Assembly (NCBI GenBank): GCA_034226945.1
Contig: CP120464.1
Span: 682,001 to 746,000, forward strand
Origin: Picochlorum sp. SENEW3
Lineage: Eukaryota
Direction of reading: 5' to 3'
DNA: 64,000 nt
Shown here: in pieces, positions 37,354 through 49,986 of the stretch
How positions within the stretch are numbered: position 1 is the stretch's first letter
Layout: each line of letters begins with the position of its first letter
Made by a program: the position numbers and the translations under genes
Notes under the pieces: model-generated
What the model saw: the letters and a program-made list of their open reading frames with translations, nothing else
Told to the model about the DNA's origin: nothing
Database searches by the model: none

Positions 37354-39783
37354 ATGGGTATGGATGATCCAAACACCCCCGTGATACGCCCCTTGCGAGG
37401 GGACGTTGTGAACAAGATTGCAGCTGGTGAAATCATACAGGTGCGGTGTGGAGATGTACATGTATCATTATACAGGATGCATTAAATCATATCTATCTAC
37501 CTAGCATTTGGGTGCAGAGGCCGAGCAACGCAGTCAAAGAGTTGTTGGAGAACAGCATTGACGCAGGCGCAACAGCCGTTACCGTCCACGTCAAGGACGG
37601 TGGACTGAAGCTATTACAAGTTCAGGACGATGGAGTCGGTATACGGGTACGTGTTGACTGAGCGTGCATGGATAATGAGGGTCTTTTTTTCTCCACAAAC
37701 AAACTCAGCTTTGCGTGTCTGCAGAAGGATGATTTGGAAATACTGTGCCAGCGACATACGACTTCAAAATTGGTGGATTTCGAGGATCTTCAAAGGATAG
37801 AGACTTTGGGATTCAGAGGAGAAGCCCTTGCTTCTATGAGCTACGTGTCGCATCTGTCCGTGATCACCAAGAGAAGGACGGATCCACACGCCTGGCAGGC
37901 AGTGTATGAGAATGGCAACATACTGGATGGACACCCTCGTCCAAGCGCTGGAGTGAACGGCACAACAGTTGCAATTGATGACTTGTTTTTTAGTGTTCCC
38001 ATGAGGAAAAAGGTGCGTTGCTCCCCTGATATGACGCTCTCCAAGAATGCACAGAGAAGGAAAGCAAAATACAACAGAAAGAACATTATTGATTGATGCT
38101 TCCACACGTTTTGTGGACTTGCAGGCCATCAAAAATGCCACAGAGGAATATAACAAAATATTGGACGTAGTTGGGAAATACGCTGTGTTTCATGCTGGAG
38201 TCTCGTTCGCTGTGAAGAAGGTGGGACAGTCCAAAGTGGATATTCAAACACAGCGGGGCCAATCCCAGAGGGAGGCCATCAAGCACGTTTTCGGAGCTGC
38301 TATCGCGTCGAACCTGAGGGAGTTCAAGAGTCTAGAGTTTACAGTTGATCAACATGAGGATGCTGGTGAAATGAAAATCCGTGGCTACCTAACAGGCCCA
38401 GGATATAGCGGACGGAAGACGGTCCTTGTGCTCTTCATCAACGGTCGGGCCGTCCATTCAGCAACGCTCAAGCGGTGCATTGAATCCGTGTATTCGACGT
38501 TGTTACCAAAAGCAGCAAAGCCTTTTGTCTATGTCGCCATGACCCTCCCTCCTGATTGGGTAGATGTGAACATTCATCCCACCAAGAACGAGGTGGCTTT
38601 CCTCCATGAAGAGGAGATTGTCAACGAGGTACGTCGGATGGTGGAGGCATCTTTACTGCAAGAAGAGGAGCATCGAAGATATGTGCAATCCACGCTGAAT
38701 GACAGGGTGGATGCGGCAATGGATGGATTCAAAGCTCCTGCTAGCAATATGAGCAGACCAGACAAGATGGTCAGAACAGATGCCATGTCCCAAACGTTGG
38801 ATGTGTTCCTTCAGTCACCTGTGCGTGCTAGATCAAAAGAAGAGTGTCACAGCACTCCAAGTAGCCTTGCATTCAGGGTGCCAAGCCGTCCAAAGAGGAC
38901 ACGGGGGGGCACTGTTCTGGATGCAGCCACCTGCGACATGGACTGGTTGTCTCAGGCCAACACGCCCGCAGAAGAGGCTCCTGAGTCAGACTCAATGCGC
39001 GTAAGTCCTGCAGACTCGGGAGTGTGTGGTGCTTGGGCGTCAATGGCAAAAGCTGTCGATTCCAATGTTCACCAAGGTCTCAAGGAAATCCTTAGAGCCC
39101 CAACAGTTGTTGGACCAGTTGACGATCATCGCACGCTGATACAGAAAGGCACTCGACTATATATCATTGACGTATCAGAACTGTCGAAAGATTTGTTTTA
39201 CCAGAGATGTATCGCGCTGAGAGGTAGAGCAAATAGGATTGATCTCTCACCCGGGGTGTCAGTGAGGTCTCTGGCCATGTGTGCACTGGAAGTAGAAGAA
39301 ATACTGGGCAATTGGAAGGATTCGGTCGAAAGTGGGACCAAAGAAGAGGTTGCAGACCTGTTGGTACAACTTTTGGGGAAAAAAGCGGGGTTTCTGTGCG
39401 ATAATTTTGGCATTGTCATTTCCGAATCTGGCGAGCTTGTTGCCCTGCCAGAACTCGTGGACAATGCCAAGGTGGATCCCAAGCAACTCCCACGTTTTAT
39501 CCTATCTTTGGGGCAACAAGTCCGATGGAATGCGCTTCAAATTTGCCTGGAGGACGTCTCCAGGGCGCTGTCTGAGCTATACATGTGGAGACCGCTGGAT
39601 GATGATGACCCATGCAGCGGCATGCCTTCGTCTGCAGACCCAGGACTTTGTGACAGGGTTGAAAGACACCTCGTCCCAGCCATCAGCGCATATCTGGTAC
39701 CTGAGAAGCCTCGATCATCAGATGGGAGCATCATCGAGTTGACTCGCCTAGAACAGCTGTATAGGGTGTTTGAACGGTGCTGA
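37354..39783 (+). CDS. MLH1: DNA mismatch repair protein MLH1 (4 exons)
   Basis: [40 protein letters not shown] and C-terminal FERC. Confidence 0.97.
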
Positions 39784-40336
39784 TTTGAAAAACCATGCAT
39801 TTCATAGTATTCTACTCATATTAATGTATTGCAAAATTTGGCAATGCAAGTTGTTCTGAGAACAATCAATGTTGTTCTTCAACTGGGACTCATGCTTCTT
39901 TTTTTTATGGGGCTCCTTTTATCCCGAATCTGCACTGTGGCCTAAGTCACCTGCTCTACGCCGAATGATCCATAACTCCCCTCCTGGGGATTCGCGAGAG
40001 GTGGAAATGCGGTGATTTGGACGAAGTCGTCTCGTGTTGTTGAGGAGAAGGCAGGTCACCGAGAATCAAAGCCAAGGGACGCCTATTCAAACTCAAAGAC
40101 TCGGAAGACGTTCCATCAGAAGGACACACCTGCAGAGTGCAGACTTCTTGCTCTTCGATGACGACAATGGTGTGGACGAACCTTTGGACACGAGCTTTGA
40201 CCAGCAAGAGACCATACAAATGTTACACAACTGACAGCAGTCATCATCAGCATCTTCATATACTGAGAATCAGTATTTCTCATGTGACTTCGAATTCAAG
40301 TACCTTTAGTGAATATGAGAGATACCCACTGTATGA

Positions 40337-41050
40337 TTAATTGCGATGCAATCCACACTGTAGTCGAACTTCACTGCGTGTGAAGGTTGAACGCTCCCTG
40401 TCGGCAACGGCTGGTGAGCGCATGTTGGCAGCATGCCGTGTCACTCTGGAAGAAAGTCCAGAACCACACTGCCGATATGCTGCTACAATCCACAGGGACC
40501 GCAGTACGTTGTTGTCCACGATACAGTGGCATTTATTGCACCTTTACATGCGGTGAGGTTCGATAAATGAAGTTGAACTAGAATATCAGCCAATGGACAC
40601 AGGGACATCTCTTCCTTCTCAGGATAGCTTGAATTAGAAGTTGGTATAGTATACATGTGGTAATAATGACTCAGTCTATGAAAATGGCAATGATGACCAG
40701 AGATGTTCTCCTTCAGGGACGTCGCCTTCTTCATGTTATCACACTCCAGCATTCGTTGCGTCTTTGTGTACACAGACAGCCTTTGCCTTCGGAACATGTT
40801 CTGGGAGTAAAAAGCATAAACTGTTTTCAGGTAGCTATTTGTCTCCTCACAGAATTCAAGCACATCCCTTGCTGTTCTGACTTTTCTGGTGGGTGCCTCC
40901 TGTTTCCATGCAGCCATGTCTGTCTTGCTCTGCGTCCATACCTGTTCTAATGCGTTTCGCTTGAGGATGCCTGCATGTGATTGCATGGTTGGTCAGGCTC
41001 ATCGTCTCGAAAAAGGTTCGTAGTCTCGATGTCGCTTGCAACTGAATACT
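40337..41050 (-). pseudogene. Degenerate Fanzor/TnpB-like RNA-guided nuclease remnant
   Basis: Frame-broken fragments SLT..SHAGILKR..W..APTRK..VYAFYSQNMFRRQRLSVYTKTQR, then RCNKCH..QCGSG..(SD)..AANM..RERSTFTR. This order matches my recollection of Fanzor1 helical, Zn-finger, RuvC-III and C-terminal segments; RuvC-I is missing. Confidence 0.65.
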
Positions 41051-41059
41051 AGACTGATC

Positions 41060-42845
41060 GATACACACATTCCCAAGTACCCAAGTGTTTTTCTGCTGTA
41101 ATTGAATACAATAAAAAATTGTGACCAAAAAATTGGGCTCGAACCCAGGACCACCGTCGCTCTTTTTTATTGTTCCCATTTACGGAGAGAAAAGAGTAGA
41201 GTTGAGTCAAAGTGAGAGTCAGTGACTTATTCTACTATCCAACGGGTCGACGGACCGGACCATTGTGCTATCCGTGATGGTGCCAAAAATCTCCACGCTG
41301 GTGTCAGAACTGTCCACTTTTGTCGCGTGGTCGTCTTTTTTTATTGTGTCTTTTTACGGACAGAGACGACGAGCGTGCCAGGCGTGATGTCTCCGGTCGA
41401 ATGGATGACAGGAGCGGACACTGTCGGTGAGACCAACACACAGGCTCTCCTCTACTCCGCTCCCATCAAGTACTCCTCCTCCTCTTGAAGAGTAATACAC
41501 ACCACGATTAACCTGTTACATGGTTTATGTGTCCACAGTTTTGCGTGGCGACGACAGATGCTCGCAATTAGCAAGCTTGGCTTTCGTTGGCATTCTTGGC
41601 AACACTCACAACCATTCGCTTTCTTGAGGTTTGGAGTAATCTATCGTCTCCTTAATTTGATTCAGAGGGGTTAGAATAATCAACAATCAACGATCGATTC
41701 GTACAGAAACCCGCCCGGAGGAGAACGTCGTCTTGGCTCTCCAGACCTGTCAATGGCATTCCCGTGAACCTGTTGGGGACCCCTTTCTCACTCTCTCTCT
41801 CTCTCTCTGGACGTGGTGGTCATATTACGGTGGTGGTAGATTTGGCTCATTCTGGATATATCCAAATACCAATCGTGGCCCTTCGTGGCACCTGCAGGCC
41901 TCCTTGTCTCAACAGCCGTGACGCGAACGGAATTCATGTTGACAGGACATTCAGCGCATTGACAAACGGGAATACCCCTGTATCATTTCACTATATACAT
42001 CATGAGGGTCATATTTAATGCCAAATATGGTGCTCTGACTTTTTACTACTCGTTGCACTACCTCGGTCGCAGAGGTGTCATGGCCCATGCCAGTAGGTCG
42101 GGTTGGTATGGCCAAGGTCTTTTCTACCTCCCTTGCTGAAATGCTATTGTATGCTATGTATGCAATCATCGTGTGTCATCATGGCGGTTTGGCAATGTAT
42201 GTATACACTCTAAGGCCATGGATGCACGGTCCACATGGCGGTCCACGTGGGTCCATCCGAGAGCAGATGGACCACTGTGTAGCATGTGGACATCCATCCG
42301 TTCTTTCATTCCTCGCGGTGTCAGCAGGACGTTTTTGCAAGTATAATAATCCCATGTTCAATGCAATGGCTGGAACACTAGAGCGATCGATACACACTCC
42401 CCAAGTACCCAAGTGTTTTTCTGCTGTAATTGAACACAATAAAAAATCGTGACCAATGCCAAACTTGCCAAACTTGCCAAACTTGTCAAACTTGTCGCGT
42501 GGTCGTCTTTTTTTATTGTGTCTTTTTACAGACTAAATATCACGACGAGCGTTGTTGCAATTGTTTCTCCGGTCGAATGGATGACAGGAGCGGACACACA
42601 GTTCAGTGAGAGAGCCACAGGGTGGAACAAAAGCTAGCGTGCTCTTGGCACAACACCACCCCACTGTGCCACCCGCCTGCTTGGTTTTCTTTCTTCTGTC
42701 GTCTCTTTGACTTGATTCGATACTACTATTTTCAGATGGTGGAGTAACAATCAACGATAAATACTGAAACCCACCAGCAGGAGAAGACGTTCCTCGACGT
42801 CGTGGCATGTTGCCATGGCTTTGTCGTGAACGGTTGGGGGGGACA
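41060..42845 (+). repeat. Diverged direct duplication (41060-41780 vs 42385-42845)
   Basis: Shared blocks CCCAAGTACCCAAGTGTTTTTCTGCTGTAATTGAA, TCTCCGGTCGAATGGATGACAGGAGCGGACAC and AATCAACGAT. Confidence 0.85.
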
Positions 42846-44444
42846 GTTTTCTCCCTCTGTAGCCATGCGCTGGTGGTATACTATCAAAATTGATTTACTA
42901 GTTATGAATACATGAATCGTCTTCATGATTCTTCTTCTTACCCCCTGGGGAGCGACTCCTATCTGCTGCAATGCGAGTAGAACTGACGACGATATGCAGG
43001 ATATTCTATAGTAGTAGAAACATAGAACATTAGCTCACGATGCCAAATTTTTGATGCGTCGAATGTTGCGGCGATTATGAATAATGCGAGAATATTCCTC
43101 GCATCACGAGGTATGCTGTGCCTCCTCCCAGTTGGGGGGCAGTGACGGCAATATTGAGGGGCATTGGATTATATTTATTCCTTCTATGAGGGTAGATAGA
43201 TCTTATCAGGCGATAGTTTGCCCCTAGTATGGACAGCGCATGTTGTAGGCCAGTGGTTGTGGGATGCAACCTCTGGGCCTCTTGTGGTGAACCTCCCCCT
43301 TTGTTTGTCGTCGAACGTTGCTCTTTCGCTCTGTGCTTTCCGCTCTTTCTTTTTCTTTTTTGAACAGATGGATCGATTTGTCCTGCGAGCCTGGCGTGTG
43401 GCTTCTTCTTTTTTTTTTTCTTGCCTCGGTTTTGAGGCTGTGCCTGCTCTTGTAATCTTTTCAACTCCTTTTCTTGGTTCTTGTTGCTTGGCGGGCTTTT
43501 GGATCTCAACTATTCGACACGGTGTCAAATACTAGTAGAGCCCCATTCAACAACCAACCTATTGAGGGTGAGCTCAGTCCCTTTCTTGTCACAGGCTCTT
43601 TTTGTATTGTTGTTCCAATCAATGTTGTTGATCTGGTACAGAGACGCATGGGAATACATTCTGTTTGTTCTTTGTTGTCGTTTTGATTGTTGTTGTGTAG
43701 CAGAGAAGCCTTTCTTTTTTTTTTTCTTTAGTAGTTGTAGCTCCTACATTCATTCATCGAGTTCAGAGCAGCATCTCTTGTGATGGCCACATTCCCTAGT
43801 CTTTTGGTGGACAGACAACACCTATCATTGCAACCAATACAAAATGGAGTCTGCTATATATCTTTTGTTCTTGTATTGTTGATGTACAGGGATACGACAT
43901 ACTACTAGAAACACTGCTCAAAAAGCAGTCGCGTGTCAGGACAGCAGGGGGTGTTGCATGATTCCCAACAGATCTCTGTGCAGCATAAGTGTGTGTGTCC
44001 ACCTCCATCCTTATATTCACACGTTGTCCTACTTACCATACGATAGAATAGATCGATTAGAACATATTTTTTCATCATTCGTGTTATTCTTGTGTTTTCT
44101 GAATCCACGAATCAGTGTGTGTGTGTGTGTGGAGATATGTATGGAGCTGTTTTGCTGTTTTGTTGGTTGAGTCTGTGGATGGTGGGTGAGCACACATTGT
44201 GTGCTATTGCTATTACTACTACTCTCTTCGTTGTTTCGTTGTTTCTACCTCTAGAGCAGCAACAGCAGTAACTATTGTTGTTTGTTTTTAGTAAACCGAC
44301 AGTAATAGTAATAGTTGTAGAGAAGAAGAAGAACAAAAGGTGTAGTAGCAGAAGAGGTATCTCGTCAAAGGTCTTGTCTCCATCGGGAGGGGTAGATAGA
44401 CTGAAGGCATCGGTCCGACAGAGGTATTGGACCAATCAGTAAGG

Positions 44445-45843
44445 TCGGCCTCTTTTCTTTTCTCGCGAGGTATTTCCGTCCGTATATGAGGACAATAAAA
44501 AAGGACGACCATGAAACCACACGCTTTATCCGCTCGGCCACACTCAGCGTGCTTTTTGTGGCTTTTTTCATCTCCCATCACAAGGGACGTTTGACCGGCA
44601 GTGTAGTTCTCTCCTCCATCAAACACCTCTTCTGATGGGAGCCTGGATACGGAGCACACACAGGTGGAGGAAGAGAGAGCTGTGGAACAGTCTTTAAACA
44701 CGACGAGATCTTCCCCAAAGAAGCGTCGCAATTGTATATATATAATTATATCCTACTATCCTATCCTCATTGCAACTCATGAAGTCTAAGTAATTAAGTA
44801 AGCGTTCCATGCATGATGATGATACTGATAGTAGTTGCTCCAGCCTTGCAACTGCTGCAACGGTACTCTAGTGCTTGCCACAGCTTGGTTCTTGTTGTTG
44901 TTGTTGTTGTGAAGAAGACGATTTCCTTTCATTCTTTTTCTCCTTTCTCTTATAAATTTGTTCTTTTCATATACTTCTTATTATACCTCTCTCTGGTCTT
45001 CTTGTCGCTGTTGTTCTTTGTGGAGACAGACTTCATGGCACCAGCTTGTTGTGAAGACGACGATTTGTTTTCATTTCATTCTTGTTCCATGATGTCTTTT
45101 CCTTATATATTCATTCCACCGTTATTATTCTAACTCTTATATAATAAACTCTTTCTCTATCTCACATGTTGTCTGTGAGTCTAGCTCCAGGTTGTTCTTC
45201 TTGTGTGCATGAGACTTGTGTGCTTTGTTGTGTTCTGTTATTATTGGTTGCTATTATTGCTCATGTCGATTGTTGTTGTGCATGTTATAATCATTATTAC
45301 ATTATTACTACTATTATGAGATATTTACTTTCTTCTTCTTTTGATTGCTTTGCTTCTTTGTTTGTTGGTGTGTTGTCTAGTGTTATTATAGCAGCAGCAG
45401 CAGTAGTAGTAGTGGTGGTGGTGTGAATGCTGGATGGTTGTTGATTTATTGTATTGTTGTTGTTGTTGTTGTGTGGGGTGGCTGTTTTAGACACCCTTGC
45501 TTGGTTTGGTTGGTATTTTTTGGTGGTGGTCCCAGTCAAGTCCTTTAAGAAGTCAAGGGGTGGTGATGATGACGGGAAGATCGCCATTCTTGTTGTTCCG
45601 AGATGCTCCCTCTTCTTCTTCAGACATGTGGCAGCAGACCTGTTTGATGTTTTGCACCACTGGTTGTGGGAGTTTTTTTCAATGATGGGTGTGTATTATT
45701 ATTATTATTGGTACTCTTCTTCTTACTTACTTACTTAATATTGTGTCCTTCTGTTGATGTTGCTGTTGTTGTTGTGAAAAAGGACAGAGATTCTTTTCAT
45801 TCATGCATAGCATAGTATAGATTGTTGTTGTGTCATTATGATT
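44445..45843 (+). repeat. Microsatellite-rich ~1.3-1.4 kb module; copy at 60745-61993, partial copy at 58171-59322
   Basis: Colinear near-identical blocks such as CGCTCGGCCACACTCAGCGTGC, TTCAGACATGTGGCAGCAGACCTGTTTGATG and AGGACAGAGATTCTTTTCATTCATGCATAGC. Confidence 0.9.
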
Positions 45844-46569
45844 CCGAGTGGGTCGGGGACTTTTCGCCGACGGGACGCGGGATGGTCGCCTTTCGGCCCG
45901 GTCGGACCGGGCCTCCGACCGGACCTCGCGATCGATCTGAAAGACGATTAGGGCAATGCTCCTCGCGGAGCGCTTAGGGTTTTTGCGAGGGTCCGTCGGG
46001 CCCCGAGGCCGCCCCCGCCCCGGGTTTCCACCCCCCCTCCCGCCTGTACACTTTTTCACACCCATACGCGTGGCTGGGGCCGGCCGGCGATCCCCAATTG
46101 TCCCCCACCAAGCCTCCACCGCGTTTTGAAAATTTTCCGTCAGCGCACGGATGGCCACGTGCGCCCCCTCTGGCACGCGTGCGCCCCATTCGGCCCGCCC
46201 TGATCGCTTTGGCACATCCCCACCACGGCATGGATGCGAGATCGCCCGCCAGCAGGGGGTGGGGGGTCGACTCACGAAGCCAACAGAAGGGATTTGCACC
46301 GCCACCCTCCCCCCTGCTGCTGGGACATGGATTTCCCCCGGCGCGAGGGGGTATTTCGGGGGAGGAGAGATGTGACATTCGAGCAACTTGTATGGGTAGG
46401 TAACCCAGGGATCCACGAGAAGGAATGCTTGCTCGCCGTGTTTCCGTCACCCCCCTCACCAGCAGCAGCATTGCCTTCTGCCATCAAATACCACTTCCTC
46501 CCAAGCCTTGGAGCCTTTCCAGTGCACCCGAGTGTCCCCGTCGGGCTCGTTTCGATATTTATATTACGA

Positions 46570-47180
46570 TTGAGATCATTGACAACCAGCAGCACGAGAA
46601 GGAGGTCCAGGACGGCGGGGTCCGTTGCGAGTGTTGTTGTCATGACATTCCCGTGGGGCGGGTTGTTTGGACGCTCTTGCGCTCCGTGATTGTCGCCCAT
46701 CGGCTCTTTAGACTGAAACATATTTCTAAAGCAAGAATGACGCTGCTTCATGCCCATGGACAGACGATTCCGGGCGTGTTCGTCCCAACCGTCGCGACGC
46801 GATCGGAAGCGACGACCATTCGGTTGGTGAGATCCATTCGACTCGACACCTGCTGAAACGGCCCTTAAGTATTGTTCTGAGATCATTGACAACCAGCAGC
46901 ACGACAAGGAGGTCCTCGACGGCTGGGTCCGTTGCGAGTGTTGTTGTCATGACATTCCCGTGGGGCGGGTTGTTGGCACCCTTTTGTGCTACCTGGTGGT
47001 TAGTCGTCGGCTCTATCGACTGAAACATATTTTTAAAGCAAGAATGACGCTCCTTTTCATGCCCATCGAGGACCGATTCTGGCCGTGTTCGTCCCAACCA
47101 TCGCGGCGCGATCGGAATGGACCAACGCCGGTCGGTGAGCTCCGGTTGACTCGGCATCAACGGCAAGAGCCCTTAAAATT
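46570..47180 (+). repeat. Two tandem ~308-bp units; third copy at ~60240-60520
   Basis: TGAGATCATTGACAACCAGCAGCACGA at ~46571 and ~46878; GTCATGACATTCCCGTGG and TTCGTCCCAACC in all three copies. Confidence 0.9.
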
Positions 47181-47430
47181 GTTTTAATTGTCCAATTAAC
47201 CAACACCAACAACCACTGCCGGTGGGTGGCAAGGGTGTGGGATCACCCAGGTCACATCATGACGCGTTGGGATGGCTCGACAGCGCGCCACGCTGAGCGA
47301 GTGGTCAGGGCCTGATGAAACCCAGGAGCCTCCTGGATCAGGAGATGACTGCGGGTGCTCATCATCTCCTGGCAACCCTCCTACACTGGAGAGAGGGCAC
47401 CTAAACAACCCTGTTGGCGCATGCGCCTCA

Positions 47431-49986
47431 AGGGCGCTGGCGGGCCAGGAGGCCGGGTGCCTGGTTGATGCACTTTTTGACATGTGTAGCAACGCTGTGA
47501 AGGCGACAGAAAGGGTGGATCGTGTGCTGGGGAGCGCCTAGCTTGTTTCGAAATGCGTGGTATCGCATGTCTGCAGGCCGAGGGCGCTGGCGGGCCAGGA
47601 GGCCGGGTGCCTGGTTGATGCACTTTTTGACATGTGTAGCAACGCTGTGAAGGCGACAGAAAGGATGGATCGTGTGCTGGGGAGCGCCTAGCTTGTTTCG
47701 AAATGCGTGGTATCGCATGTCTGCAGGCCGAGGGCGCTGGCGGGCCAGGAGGCCGGGTGCCTGGTTGATGCACTTTTTGACATGTGTAGCAACGCTGTGA
47801 AGGCGGCAGAAATGGTGGATCGTGTGCTGGGGAGCGCCTAGCTTGTTTCGAAATGCGTGGTATCGCATGTCTGCAGGCCGAGGGCGCTGGCGGGCCAGGA
47901 GGCCGGCTGCCTGGTTGATGCACTTTTTGACATGTGTAGCAACGCTGTGAAGGCGGCAGAAAGGGTGGATCGTGTGCTGGGGAGCGCCTGAGCTTGTTTC
48001 GAAATGCGTGGTATCGCATGTCTGCAGGCCGAGGGCGCTGGCGGGCCAGGAGGCCGGGTGCCTGGTTGATGCACTTTTGACATGTGTAGCAACGCTGTGA
48101 AGGCGACAGAAAGGGTGGATCGTGTGCTGGGGAGCGCCTGAAGCTTGTTTCGAAATGCGTGGTGTCGCATGTCTGCAGGCCGAGGGCGCTGGCGGGCCAG
48201 GAGGCCGGGTGCCTGGTTGATGCACTTTTGACATGTGTAGCAACGCTGTGAAGGCGGCAGAAAGGGTGGATCGTGTGCTGGGGAGCGGCTAGCTTGTTTC
48301 GAAATGCGTGGTGTCGCATGTCTGCAGGCCGAGGGCGCTGGCGGGCCAGGAGGCCGGGTGCCTGGTTGATGCACTTTTGACATGTGTAGCAACGCTGTGA
48401 AGGCGGCAGAAAGGGTGGATCGTGTGCTGGGGAGCGCCTAGCTTGTTTCGAAATGCGTGGTGTCGCATGTCTGCAGGCCGAGGGCGCTGGCGGGCCAGGA
48501 GGCCGGGTGCCTGGTTGATGCACTTTTTGACATGTGTAGCAACGCTGTGAAGGCGGCAGAAAGGGTGGATCGTGTGCTGGGGAGCGCCTAGCTTGTTTCG
48601 AAATGCGTGGTGTCGCATGTCTGCAGGCCGAGGGCGCTGGCGGGCCAGGAGGCCGGGTGCCTGGTTGATGCACTTTTTGACATGTGTAGCAACGCTGTGA
48701 AGGCGGCAGAAAGGGTGGATCGTGTGCTGGGGAGCGGCTAGCTTGTTTCGAAATGCGTGGTGTCGCATGTCTGCAGGCCGAGGGCGCTGGCGGGCCAGGA
48801 GGCCGGGTGCCTGGTTGATGCACTTTTTGACATGTGTAGCAACGCTGTGAAGGCGACAGAAAGGATGGATCGTGTGCTGGGGAGCGGCTAGCTTGTTTCG
48901 AAATGCGTGGTGTCGCATGTCTGCAGGCCGAGGGCGCTGGCGGGCCAGGAGGCCGGGTGCCTGGTTGATGCACTTTTTGACATGTGTAGCAACGCTGTGA
49001 AGGCGACAGAAAGGATGGATCGTGTGCCGGCGAGCGGCTAGCTTGTTTCGAAATGCGTGGTGTCGCATGTCTGCAGGCCGAGGGCGCTGGCGGGCCAGGA
49101 GGCCGGGTGCCTGGTTGATGCACTTTTTGACATGTGTAGCAACGCTGTGAAGGCGACAGAAAGGGTGGATCGTGTGCTGGGGAGCGCCTAGCTTGTTTCG
49201 AAATGCGTGGTGTCGCATGTCTGCAGGCCGAGGGCGCTGGCGGGCCAGGAGGCCGGGTGCCTGGTTGATGCACTTTTTGACATGTGTAGCAACGCTGTGA
49301 AGGCGGCAGAAAGGGTGGATCGTGTGCTGGGGAGCGGCTAGCTTGTTTCGAAATGCGTGGTGTCGCATGTCTGCAGGCCGAGGGCGCCGGCGGGCCAGGA
49401 GGCCGGCTGCCTGGTTGATGCACTTTTTGACATGTGTAGCAACGCTGTGAAGGCGACAGAAAGGATGGATCGTGTGCCGGCGAGCGGCTAGCTTGTTTCG
49501 AAATGCGTGGTGTCGCATGTCTGCAGGCCGAGGGCGCTGGCGGGCCAGGAGGCCGGGTGCCTGGTTGATGCACTTTTTGACATGTGTAGCAACGCTGTGA
49601 AGGCGACAGAAAGGATGGATCGTGTGCTGGGGAGCGGCTAGCTTGTTTCGAAATGCGTGGTGTCGCATGTCTGCAGGCCGAGGGCGCTGGCGGGCCAGGA
49701 GGCCGGCTGCCTGGTTGATGCACTTTTTGATATCTGTGGTAACGCTGTGAAGGCGACAGAAAGGGTGGATCGTGTGCTGGGGAGCGCCTAGCTTGTTTCG
49801 AAATGCGTGGTATCGCATGTCTGCAGGCCGAGGGCGCTGGCGGGCCAGGAGGCCGGCTGCCTGGTTGATGCACTTTTTGACATGTGTAGCAACGCTGTGA
49901 AGGCGACAGAAAGGATGGATCGTGTGCCGGCGAGCGCCTAGCTTGTTTCGAAATGCGTGGTGTCGCATGTCTGCAGGCCGAGGGCG
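47431..49986. repeat. 150-bp tandem array, 17 copies
   Basis: Unit AGGGCGCTGGCGGGCCAGGAGG...CATGTCTGCAGGCCG recurs from 47431 to 49981 with few substitutions and 1-2 nt indels. Confidence 0.98.

Noticed and set aside
43075..45740. Lys-rich and hydrophobic ORFs in the microsatellite region (also 58.5-59.1 and 61.1-62.5 kb)
   Set aside because: Translations of GTT/TAG/poly-T tracts; frames are not preserved between paralogous copies
47381..49968. 830-aa and 559-aa repetitive ORFs
   Set aside because: By-products of a stop-poor 150-bp unit (a multiple of 3); two frames are open and 1-2 nt indels switch frames freely
47431..49986. CRISPR-like array
   Set aside because: Units are repeated end to end with no unique spacers; no cas genes; eukaryotic context
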